Notes under the pieces: generated by a model | The model's database searches: none | Told to the model about the DNA's origin: nothing | Seen by the model: the letters and a program-made list of their open reading frames with translations, nothing else | Program-made: the position numbers and the translations under genes | Shown here: positions 1 through 11,923 of the stretch, one piece after another | Layout: each line of letters begins with the position of its first letter | How positions within the stretch are numbered: position 1 is the stretch's first letter | NCBI GenBank assembly: GCA_907165135.1 | Contig: OU015566.1 | Location: 11,470,001-11,534,000 of the forward strand | Origin: Oikopleura dioica | Taxonomy: Eukaryota > Animalia > Chordata | Length of the DNA: 64,000 nt | Direction of reading: 5' to 3'

Positions 1-960
1 CGGAAAACTGCTGCAGTAGCGGATCGAGGAGCCGCGTCTTAAAATTTCGTTTATTTTTTATCTCTATTTTATCAATTATCGACTTACATAAGTAGAATGT
101 ATATTGCAAAATATTTTAATTAATTTTCTCGTTTAGCTTGTTTCTCGACAAAAAAAAGAGATATTCAGATTTGACCAATGGAGATCAATCACATTTTTGA
201 TTGAAACCAGAAGGAGCTGGAGCTACTACTGAGTGTACACAAAGAAAGGAAAGAAGAAAAAAACGACGCTATTCGATTTTAGTGAGGGCGAAATTAAGTA
301 TTTATTGAGAACACATCAATTAAAGAAAACTTTTTTTTATGTGAAAGGCATGGAAAATTTTAACGGTTTGCTAAATATTCCGTTTAGGTCCTTAACTTCT
401 CTGTTTAAAACTCCAGCTAAATTTGAATAAGGAATTATTTCTCCTAGATCCAGTGCTCACTTCCCACTGGCCGGATCAACTCTGCCCCCAGGGAAGATTC
501 AAGATAGTAAAACGAGTGAATTAAAGAGCCCAAGAGACTTTTCCAAACATGCTTACCTTTCACTCTTCTGTTGTTTCATCGGAATGTCGACGCATTCAGA
601 GACTTCTTCTTTCTCTTCGTAAATCACGTTCATGTTCATTGCTGGTTGATTTGTTACTGTTTGGTTATTACAGGAGTGCGGCGGTAGCTGCTTAATTGTT
701 TGTTGGCTCTTTTGAAAATTGAAAAATTCTAGGAGGTGGTTGTCTGTTTGGAAAGTATAAAAAGGGAATGTTATGCTTTCGAACTTTTGAATGGAGGATA
801 TATATTTCGAATTAACTTTGTCCCCGATGGCGCTAATGCGGTTAGCGAAGCTCTGAACGGCTCGAGGTCGCTAAAGTGGTGCCTTGGACTTACTACTCCG
901 GTAGTCAAGCCACTCCAGCCTGGCGTGGTCGAGCCGAAATTACAATTTTATGGCGCGTGG
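1..960 (-). CDS. Probable multi-exon gene of unknown function running off the window start
   Basis: Minus-strand exon-like stretches (FGSTTPGWSGLTTGVVSPRHHFSDLEPF; QLPPHSCNNQTVTNQPAMNMNVIYEEKEEVSECVDIPMKQQKSE) end at GT donors. Boundaries are approximate and I recognise no homology. Confidence 0.35.
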
Positions 961-1292
961 TTAATTTTGGTAATTTTGACTTTTTCGGCGATTATCATAA
1001 TTTCTTCAATTGAAAGTAGAGTTGATTAAAATTTGAGCATCACAAACTCAAATCAAACCCTCCCCTATCCCAAGAACCCTAAACCTATCTAAAAGCATCA
1101 GCGAGAAAAGAGTAAACTTGAAGTCATAAAAAAACATATTTTCTCTGAGAAAACTTACTGATTCTTCTATTTTGATCATTTTGTGGACTGATCTTCATAA
1201 AAGAATGAAAAAGAATCGATACATAAAAAAAGCTTTTCCTTGAAAAAACACGTAGTGAGCACTAATAATCGACTCTTTTGGACCGTCAGAAT

Positions 1293-1752
1293 CAGGGTGG
1301 CTATTTTGGATTTGGGGGTTAGTTGGAATTGGATTGGATCCAATCCAATAAGGTTTGGATGGAATTTGGATGGCCAGGGTACCGGATTTTGTTGGGAAAA
1401 ATTGGGCAATTGGGGGAAATTGGGGAATTGGATCCAATAAAAAATATGTCGCTAAACTATGCAAAGAAGGGTCATTTTCATGATTAAAATGAACAATTTC
1501 GGATAAAAATCATTGTTTTGGCTATGTTGATCCTCCTTTCGGATAAAAACTAACTGTTTCGCTTCTTTTCAAAGTACTAAAAGCCTTGGAAAAATTGGAA
1601 ATCCAATTGGATCTAATTGGAATTGGGGATTTTTGGGGAATTGGGTAATAATTGGATTGGGTTGGATTTTGGATGGATAGCTTGGACTCAAAATTTATTG
1701 GATGGAAATTGGATGGCCAGACCCCAAAATTTTGTCCAAAATAGCCACCCTG
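1293..1752. mobile_element. hAT-type MITE, 460 bp
   Basis: Perfect 18-bp TIR CAGGGTGGCTATTTTGGA (1293-1310 / 1735-1752). 8-bp TSD GTCAGAAT at 1285-1292 and 1753-1760. The interior is full of ATTGG/TTGGA motifs. An 8-bp TSD is the hAT hallmark. Confidence 0.9.
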
Positions 1753-1856
1753 GTCAGAATGTGAGACATGTGATCAGGGACAATACTTTATTCATAAAAA
1801 TTTACGAGGCGGGGGATTTCTCGCCATTATCACTTCTGAGCCCAAAACGTCACTTT

Positions 1857-2434
1857 GACGCGCTTTTTTTGCGGTTGGATTTTATAACTTTTGATAGAGT
1901 TAACCAAACCTGGAGTTTATGGGCTCAAAATGATCCTCTCGAAAAATAAAAATTTTCCAATGCATTAGTTTTTGAAAATTAGGTACCAATTTTCCGGAAG
2001 TGATTTTAGGTACCCCTAAATGTTGTTCAATCGGGACGAAACTAGTACCAAAAAGATCGCCATAAAATTTCATGAAGATTGATACTATAACCAGACTATA
2101 ATCTATCTTTTTGAGCATTTTATCACAATCTCAAGATACCCAAAAGTACTGAAATACAATTACCGTCTATTTTGTAAGGACACGTTCGAAACGAAGCAAA
2201 TTGAGTACCATTCTTCATGAAATTTTCTGGCGATCTTTCTGGTACTAGTTTCGTCCCGATCTAACGATATTTTAGAGTACCTAAAATCATTTCCGGAAAA
2301 TTGGTACTTAATTTTCAAAATCTAATGCATTGGAAAATTATAATTTTTCGAGAGGATCATTTTGATCCCAAAAACTCCAGATTTGGTTAACTCTATCAAA
2401 AGTTATAAGAATCCAACCGTAAAAAAAGCGCGTC
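1857..2434. mobile_element. Foldback element / long-TIR MITE
   Basis: Imperfect inverted arms of ~222 bp (1857-2078, 2212-2434) around a ~133-bp spacer. Termini GACGCGCTTTTTTT / AAAAAAAGCGCGTC, with TTT on both flanks (possible 3-bp TSD). Confidence 0.8.
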
Positions 2435-5400
2435 TTTGGAACAGAACAGTGCTAATTTACCTTTCGCCAGAAATATGATTGAAATTTACGTTTCATTCAA
2501 CCTAAGGAGCTACCGTCTCTTTTTTTAACTAAATTGGATGCTTGAATCGAAATGAAGAACGGAGATTTATAAGTAGGGTCATCACTTGAGCGGGTTAATT
2601 TGTCCTGCATAATATTTTTAAAAAAGATATTATGACGGATTAATGGATGCGCGTTCTATTTTGGCACTGAAAAACTTTTGTTCACGACTGTCGTTCGCGC
2701 AATCACGTGGATGTAGCATAGGGATAATGTGTATTTTTGAAGTTGTAAATGTTTTCGGAATTACTTATTCAAAGGTCGATGATTTAAAATTAAATTATTG
2801 CCTAGACTAGTGTTAAAGTCTGAAGGTGTCTGACTGAAGTTGTCAAGTCTACTGGCTGATTTTCAACATACCGGGCTCATTTTAACGTCATACATATCAA
2901 GTTGGTACTAAAAGAATGAAAAAATTTGCGATAGGCGGTCTAATTAGGACCATTTTTTGTCAATATCGAAGGCAATTTTACATCACTGATATTTTTCAAG
3001 GGCTACTGAAAATCGTTATTCTATCAGTGACATAATGTTAAAGTCGAAAACAGAATTCCTGAGCCGTTTCGTCGAGGGTTTGTTTATGAGAACGACGAGA
3101 TAAAGCCTCGGTCACAGGGCAGAATCGTCGTGTGGGAGCATTAAAAATCGTGCGATCTTCGAGATAGTAGTGACGATCTGAGTATCCCAACGACTCAAGT
3201 CGTTACATAATGGGTGGAAGGAAATTTATGACTATCCACGTGACATAACACTGCGAGTGTTGCGTGGTTTTATCTTGGGTAGAAATGATCAATCAGTTTT
3301 ATGGCCACTGAATCAATAATAAAATAATAATTTTTACGAAAAGTTAATATCTTTTGCCATTGATAAATAATTTTATTGCTCAGCGAAATTTAATCACCTG
3401 GCAGACTACTTGGTAGACAATAGTCCACTAGAAGAAAACCGTTAAGAAAACCAAGAAGACAATAGAAAATAATGGTTGCGTAAGGGTTACGTACGGCAAT
3501 TGAGCGTTTTTTAACCAGTAGCCCGGTTTCCTTTTGAGGAAGTTTTTTTTCTGTTGTTTCCTAAGGGGAGTGTCTTTTCAAGTTCAACACCTACTTTCTG
3601 TTCGCCTGTCTCGTGGACGGTGAAGATATCTGCAAAAGGAACATAATTGATGCCAATTACATTCAAAATAACATAAGCAGGATCGGATTTATTCAAATCA
3701 GATAAATATTTGTTCGAAGACCTCCTTTAGCATTCATTATCAAGTGCACCCAAGTTCTGAGCTCGCTAATTATGTTTGACATTGAAACTTTTTCCTCTAA
3801 CCAACCTTATTCGTGTAATTGCTCAAGGAAGAATCCTTCAATGAACAACTCGAATTTATACTGTTTTCTCTTTGTTACTGTTCTGACACTCGCATTCTTT
3901 TCAGACTAGACAAAAAATAATTGTAGAGAACACGCTCTGTAACATTTCTCAGCATAAATTTCCATTTATCTATGACGCGAAATCGATTTTTTATTCTGCC
4001 CTCCCGAAGTGACAATTCATGTTAATTTCTGATTCAAGGGGAGATGACTCTTTTACGCTAATTTTATATGTTTTGATGAAAAATTTAAATGACGAAATTT
4101 CAACCCCGTCTAAATCCATCTGGTAATCTTATGGGTATCGATATAGAGTTCTTGTTGATGGGGAAGTACCTGATCACATGGTGGCGCCATCTGAAACCGC
4201 GGTGTTCTTGATTGACCCCAAAAGAAATCGTTTTCGCTGGTTTTTCTTAACGCTCTTTGGAGAATCTTCTTGATTTGAAATCTTTTTGGTTGGGTTTGCC
4301 CAACTCTAGGGATGCTTATTTCTTCTTTAGTTTTTTGGTCGTTTCCTTCAAGTTGTTTCACAACTCGAAATGACCATCACGAGAGGAGCTGCGTCCTGTA
4401 CGTCCCCTGCTGCTCTGGGCATTGGCCAATTGGACTTGCCCAATTAGCAGCCTCAGCCAATCATGTGACCCGTCAGATTCCACAGAAGATGTTCCTGAAG
4501 GCAGAAAGAATGAGTTCGATTCCCTGAAAGCCGCGTGACAACAGGCGAACGCAACCCGCTGAACCTTTTTCTTACCCGCGGGCTGCGAATATGGAACATT
4601 ACGTAAACCGCAATTAGATTAAATTAGTGATTACGTAAGAGGAAAAAGAGGATTGTTGTTGATGAGAGACTTGAAAAATTGCAAAAAAAGGCAGACACTT
4701 GTTTTCAGTCTCACTATATATGACTTCAGAAGGAGAACTAGGTCAATTGAGGTCACAATCAACTAACGTGAATTAAAAAAACTACAGTTACTAGTAACTT
4801 ACTACATAGTAATTCTACTGTAAAATACTCGATTCCCTAATTTCAAAATCTGCTGTCCGGTGCGATCTTGTTTCCGCGAACTTGCTACCTATTCCAAAAT
4901 GAGATTCTCTGGGGGTCTTTTTTGATTGATGAGTTTGGCGAATTAGGAATTCCATCCTTGATCGTTGACCTTCTTTCCTTACGTGACCAGTTTTGAATAG
5001 CCTTGGAAATTCCTGACGATTACAGTCAGAAATCAAGACAAATCGCCGACAGTCCAAACCTGTGTTTTCAGGAAGAGACCTATCCATGTCAGAAGTTCTA
5101 GACTTGTGTCGAGAACCATTTGATCTTCTGAAGAAGATCGAGTAGGGAGAAGATCATCCACACGAGGATCCATAGAAAAATCAGCGACTCATGAATTTCG
5201 CTCGACGAAAATAGACAGAAATAAAATGTATTCAGTCTCATAGAAAGGATTAGCCCCAGGAAGTGGGTTTGCGTCAGAAATCGCTGAACTTTGGAGTCGT
5301 AAAGAGACCAACAGATCATGTGAAACGCATCTGCATCTCTCGATGCGGTGATTTTCAGCACCTTTTCGGCTGATGCAATTATTGCTCTCTTCCATGATTT

Positions 5401-6212
5401 CAGGTGACCTGCGAACTTCCAAGTGCCGGTCTATTAGGATGCTAATTTCAGCCAAATAGAATGTTTATTGACGGAACTCATCATCATCTACAGTCGATTG
5501 GGGGCGACGAACTCTTACGTAAGAGTACTGTAAGAAATCAAATTTTCAAGAACTCATCAGATTCCAAAAAGATGACTTCCAGGGTTCGTACAAAAATGCA
5601 CTCTTACATGAGAGGCAAAATGAGTAGCCAGATTTTGTCAACTGTGGGAAGTGAAAGAAAACCAAATCGACGCTTGAATTCTATCAGAGCCTCTCCCCTC
5701 ATGTCAGAGGGTTTAATTTGGTTCTTTCTCAGCATGAGCCGAGGCTGAGAATTGCGATGATAGAATTTATTGTTGAATGAGTGTCGATTTTCTCAGAATA
5801 ACTATAATTCCGTTGGATTCTAAGAATTCCATGCGGGGAGCATATCCTGCTAACAAAGACGTACCCCATGTGACATGGGCCATGTCATACCTTTGTGACA
5901 TAAGACACGTCGATTTACGGTGAAGTTCGTTTGTAAACATACGAATTTCAAGTTGAAGTAGCGGGATAAACGTCGTCTTTCTTGAGAAGTTTGACAGGAT
6001 GAACGTATTTTCTAACAATGCTAGTCAATCGCACTTGACATTTGAACATGGTAAGTTGCACACTGATACAAATCATAAAATGATATTGTGCGCTCCAGTA
6101 AGAGCGACCTCTATGAGCTGTCAAGAAAAATGCGGTATATATACTCGCGAATATTGTTAACCCTCATCAAATCAAAATAATAAATAGTTTATTATTTTGC
6201 CAAAGGCAAAAA

Positions 6213-8496
6213 ATGAGGATGTTTTCAAAATTCTCTCTTGTACTTGTAGCTAATGCAAGTCATTTCCGATCCGGGAGTTTTCAGTTTTCACAAAAGGATG
6301 ACGCCGAATTGGTTCTGACAAGAACTCTAAATTACCGAAGAGGATTTGACGGCTACGATCCCGCTTGTTTCCCCTGGCACGTGAGAGCGGGCAAAAGATC
6401 GTCGACGATGGAATACGAGCATTCTATCATCATCTCTACGAATGCGACTGTATCAATCCAGAATTCAACTTACGTCGTCACCGATATCGAAAATGAAGGA
6501 AATCAAAACTCGCAGTGGTGTTATGGCTCGATAGATGAGCCGATTCCAAAGCCAGCAGAACCGTTTGAATACTACTTCCAAAACTGCTGCTGGGTCGACT
6601 TGACGGACGACAAAGGCGAAGTGATTGAAGACGGTCCATTTAAACTCTACGCAAGATATTACGACGTGGAGAACAATTCTCCACAGGTCAAAGTTCCTGC
6701 GATTTGGCGAGTAATGACTGGCTGTCCCAATCAATCGCTAGATTTGAATCCAGAAGACAAAGACGACGACAGAATTAAATGCAGATGGAGCACTGAGGCC
6801 GAAGCAAAGAGTGCGAATTACTTCAATGGAGACTACAGTTCAATAACACTTGATGAGGAAACATGTGTCCTCAACTATGATGGAACAAGTGACACAACTA
6901 CTTTCGGAGTAAAACCAATCGCGATACAGGTTCTATTGTTTGTTAAATTCACCGATTAAAAAGTCAAATTTCAGGTCGAAGATTTTGACGAGCGAGGAAA
7001 CATCAAGTCATCGATTCCAGTTCAATTCCTCGCCTCAGTTTGGGAGCCACAATATTCAGGAAGCTACGTGGAAGTTACAGGACAATCATCGGGGATCCCT
7101 GCTGATGAAGAGGAACAAAAATCAGAAGCATTTTTCTGGGGCGATACTCTTCACGGTCATGGGGATAACCACGAGCCGAAAAGAGAGCGACGGGAAGTTC
7201 CGGGAATAAACCCTGACACTGGCAATTTCTACTATTGCGATGAGCCTCCACAGCTTATTCCTCCATCGCCAGAAGCAGGAGCACAGATTAATGTCACGAG
7301 CACAGTCAAGATCGACGTGCGTGCATTCTACTACCAAGATCTTGAACCAAAGTACGACCTCCGCAGGTTTCAGTTCAACTCACCACAGGGGATGAACTGC
7401 ACCGATATTGACGATACTACTGGCCGCGCTTCATGTACCTGGACCCCAACACAAAAACAGCGAGAACAAAAACTTCACGGCTTCTGCTTCTTGGCAATCG
7501 ATAAATTTGGTCGACAATCTGAACGAAGATGCATTACTCTGACGATGTCAGATTATGTTGAAGATGTTATTAGGTAACAAATAATTTTTGAATACTTTTT
7601 TATTATTATTTTATTAAGCATGCTAAATCTTTTCGCTCCGGAATTTGGCTCCCGAGAATTGACTGATTACGGATGTGCTGGCCGCAATCTTCTTGATCCA
7701 TTCCACAGCAACATTGGCAAGCCAGTTGATCTCACTGACAAGACGCTTTCGAGATGGAAAACATGCATTAGATGCGCAAAGGAAAGGTTCAAATACTACC
7801 TACATTTCCATATTACCCGAAGGAAATGATTCATTTTATTCAATATCTTCGCGTATGAATGAACTTTCACAGGATGCCGATCTTACCAACCTTTCCGACG
7901 TTGGAGACCGTGAACTGCCAAAGTACATCTTCGACTTAGATACGAAAACCTGCGGTAAATTGACAAAGAGATATTCATTATAATTCTAACGCAAATGTAG
8001 CAAACGAAGTCGGAACATTGGAACGCTCTATTTGCGAATGCGATAAGAGACTTGCTAACACTTTGAAAACCTTAACGATTCGGCCCAAGTACCAAAATTA
8101 CAAAGACACTAAGTGTGAGAAGAATAATATCACAGACCGTCCGGAAGACCCACATTGCTGCAGAGATCAGGGTGGATTATACAAGATGTATTATGCTTCG
8201 AAGAATTGTTGTGAAGAAGACGGAAAAATCAGATCTAACGGAGAGTGCACCACTGATGGAGGCATAACATATGAAGCCAAGGTATTCTTACAAAATTTTA
8301 ATACGTAAATTATTCTCAGATCAAAATCTACCGGCCCGAGTTTGTCGAAGCGGACAAAAGCAATGATAAACAAACTTCTGACTCCACATCATCCGATTCA
8401 TCCGATTCAACGGACAGAGGAGCTGGAATAGGACGAAGGGGTTCGAAGCCAAACAGATGGGCCAAAGAAACCAATGTATTAGAAGGCAACTTGTGA
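6213..8496 (+). CDS. Secreted mosaic protein: N-terminal SHFRxG-type extracellular domain plus C-terminal catalytically altered sPLA2-like domain
   Basis: Signal peptide MRMFSKFSLVLVANA. The frame splices through introns 6930-6974, 7574-7618, 7782-7872 (GA donor) and later GT-AG introns to TGA 8494-8496. PLA2-like motifs: DYGCAG, GKPVDLTD, CECDKRLANTL. Confidence 0.75.
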
Positions 8497-8732
8497 AAAA
8501 ATATTTGTTTGTAAATTTTGTATATAATCTTGCTCGATTAAAGTTATTACCAAAATATCACAATACCAATTTTGTCTTGTCAAATTTTATTCATTTTCGA
8601 AGAGGTCAGAGTTGATTTGCAGAAGATCTTCGATTTTGTAGCTTATTCCAGCTAAGTCGAAAAGTCTTCTTTTGTATGTACAGTCGGTGAGATACAGAAT
8701 TGTTGCCAAATAAGTGGTATTTATATTCGAAT

Positions 8733-10643
8733 TTAGTTATCATCAAAATATCCAACAAGGACATCAGCAGCACTAAACCATCCGCCTGGGACGTAGTTCC
8801 AGCCAAACCAGAGCTCTTCAAGATAGGTTCCGTCAATTTGGCTGATCGTGAATGTGTTGCCCTAATATTGAGTAGAGAAGGCTTTGCATAAGATAACTCA
8901 CCACTCCTGAAGCAGGTTCGAAAACGACTCTAGGGTCGTCAACATAGAATCCCTCAACATCGTAGATAAATTGGATAACAACTTTCTTTCCATCGAATCC
9001 ATCGTAGGCACGGACATTGGTTCTTGCCTTGTCTCCATTTGTGTTTCCTGGGAAAGAGAGAAGAGATGTTGTCCATTTTTGAGTGGAATCACAGCTCAGT
9101 TCAATGGACTCAGCTCCGAAGCGGTAGTCATCGCCAATGAAATTAACGATGAAATCTTTCAGGATTATGAATTATATTTAAAAATTAGAATTAAACAAGT
9201 AGAGTCGAAAATGCTCAAAAATATTCATAATCAATTTGAAAATCCCTTCCTAAAGTAGAGACACCCTCAAACGCCTGATTAGCCGCCACAAGAGCATAAA
9301 CACCCGATGACGGGTCGCTTCCAATCGGATCCACGTGAGCATTGAACACGTGAAACCAGTAGACAGCGACGGGAAGTCTGATGTAGCATGTGCCAGCATC
9401 GCCGAAAATGAAATTCATGACTTCGAAAATTGCGCCCCCGAGAGCGTTTGGATTTGATGGCCATTCTTGAGTCAGCGAAACGGGAATAGGAGTGTTGTCC
9501 TCGACCGGAGTTGGGACGTAGTTGGGATCGTAAGCGCCGTATTGGTCAATGGCAGAGTTGTAGGAACCATGACCGTAGCTGCTGCGTTCTACAGAGGTCT
9601 GGAAGGTGAAATCAGAGGAGGACGGCTTCTCGGCAGTGTAGTCTGGCTTGTACATGCTTGGCAACTCAGCCTGAAATATTTGAATAAAGATCTTTTTCTC
9701 ACATTTTTACCGAAAAAGACGTTGTCCTTGGTCGGTCTTCTGAGGAATCTCCACTTCCTATCTCCTCAAAAGCGTTGTACTGAAGAGCAGTTCTACCCAT
9801 GTCATCAATGAACTGAACAGGCTTTGGCTTGACCAGAGCATCTCCATCAGCTTGGAATCTAGTGATGCCGTTGTTTTTGAAAAATCCGTTTCCAGATCTT
9901 GTTGAAAACTGGTTATTCGAGGGAGACTCTTCTCTCTGAGAGACCTGCTCATTGAAAACTTGGCCTTTTGGTTGGTTCGATTTCAGTTCTCAAGAATATA
10001 AGATCTTGATAACCGTATGAGATGAATTTTGAACCTTCCCTACATCAGACAAAAGCTGTTGGAACTTCTTCTCAGGCTTCTGATTCGCCTGGAACCAAGG
10101 AATATCTTCTCCCAAAACTTGCTTCCCCTTTGCTCCTTTGAAAGAATAGCTGTTTTGATTTTCACTTTGCGCAAGTCTTGAATTGCCACTTGAAAAGCCG
10201 GAATTCCCGGTCCTCAACGATCGCTGGAAGAAGTTGTTCGAGGTTGGAGGAGCAGTTGTTGTTGCTCGCTTAGTTGTTGTGATTCCAGAGTCTTTTTGAA
10301 TCCTGTCGATGAACCAGTCCCAAGAGCCATAGAATCCCTTTTCAGAAGGATTGATTCCTTGCCGACGAACCCGGGAATGCGGATTTGCTGATGAATCTAG
10401 GAAGGATCAAAATTTACGAAATTTGACATTTACGAAAGTCATAAAAATGGGCTTATGCGAAAACTCATTCAAGACTGACTCTTCTTTTTACAAGGGCCTG
10501 AAATGAAGTTTAAGAGCCTCTTTATTCCTCTTCGAAACAGTCATTTTGTTTCTGCAAATATTGCATAATTTTCATTGCTAACATGAAAATCTTTCTATTT
10601 GAATACCTTGAATAAATGACGCGAGAATTAGTCCAGTCTTCAT
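8733..10643 (-). CDS. Secreted protein with low-complexity N-half and aromatic beta-rich C-terminal domain (possible oikosin/house component)
   Basis: Exon 1 MKTGLILASFIQ joins in phase to DSSANPHSRVRR (signal peptide plus furin-like site). Later exons read GDAGTCYIRLPVAVYWFHVFNAHV...DFIVNFIGDDYRFG...GYFDDN*. The oikosin label is inference. Confidence 0.7.
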
Positions 10644-11923
10644 TTTTTTTTCTTTTATTCTTTATTTCTTCCCTTATCTATATAAAAGTCTTCGTTTCGT
10701 ATATTGATAATATAGGGATTTAAAAGAAAAATTAATAAAGCTGGAAAACGGCGTATCTCTCAGCCGACAGTTGGTTTACGAATTTGAATTCCGATTTCAC
10801 AAATCCTAAGGAGCCAAAATCGCATGCAAAGACGCGCTGGAATACCGCGAAGTTAGCGAATGTTTGGAAATCAGGTTCCGCCTCGTTCCATTTAATGCTG
10901 TTGGCGATTTAATTAACGTGAGATATAAATTTACGTCAGAAAAGGCATCAATTCGGCGGATTCTGAAGAGACTAAACAAATAGACTCTTCGATTGAATTT
11001 TTTACATTTTTAAAAAACGCAAATTCTGTCAGTTTTATAGAATCAAAATTGATGGGTTTTAGATCAGTTTCAATCTAAAGGAGCAAAAAAAAGTCGAGAA
11101 TATTTCCTGTTTACTGATGTAAGAGGTTATGTGAAACCAAATATAGACGTGTCATTTAATTTTTGGCTGCTTTTTTGTTTGAAATCACACAATTCCAAGA
11201 AAAATACGAGTTCGAAGGGTCATGAGAAAACTTGGGCAAACATAATGGAAAAAACGTGCTATTTACAATTCTCTAGTTCTTCCTTTTGCTTTTATTCATC
11301 GCCTTACCAAAAGTGAAATTACAAGCTCGAGATTTGAATTTGAGTTTTCATTTTTTGCAAAGAGAAATATCGTCTTTGAACTTTCAAGAGTACTTTCTTC
11401 GGCCAAAAAGCGATTATATTGTTTCATTAAAAGATTTCTTAGTAAAAAATCTCATTTTTTCCAATTAAAAATTTACAGTAAAAGACTTTTTTGTTCGTTA
11501 TCCGATTTTATTCGCAGCTTTTCTTATCATTTCTTAATATTAAAAATAAGGTTCTTTTTTTGAGTTTTAAAAATCGTAATGAAATCCGGCTCATTGTTCG
11601 ATTTTTATCGAAGCGTCGAGCAGCGAAGCGCGATTCATCCTCGAAGGCTGAAGCCGGATCGCGAGTTCAAGCGGTGAGATCGAGATTGCTAACTCGCCAA
11701 CGCCAGAGTGAGACAGAGAGGAAAGCACACAAGTGAAAATGTCCAAATGTGCAAATTCGTAACTTGCCAACGTATTCGTTTTTGCTCCCTGGCGTTCAGA
11801 CTTTGACAAATAATAATTTCTCTTTATTCCATTTTCTTTCCGACACATCAGAGAGATAGTCAGACAAAAAATTGTCTCCAAGCGGTGAAGTCGCGAAAAA
11901 TTACTGTATTTTTTCAGAAAGTA

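Noticed and set aside
1176-1949. W/G/N-rich ORFs in the ORF track
   Set aside because: They are artefacts of translating the ATTGG-rich MITE.
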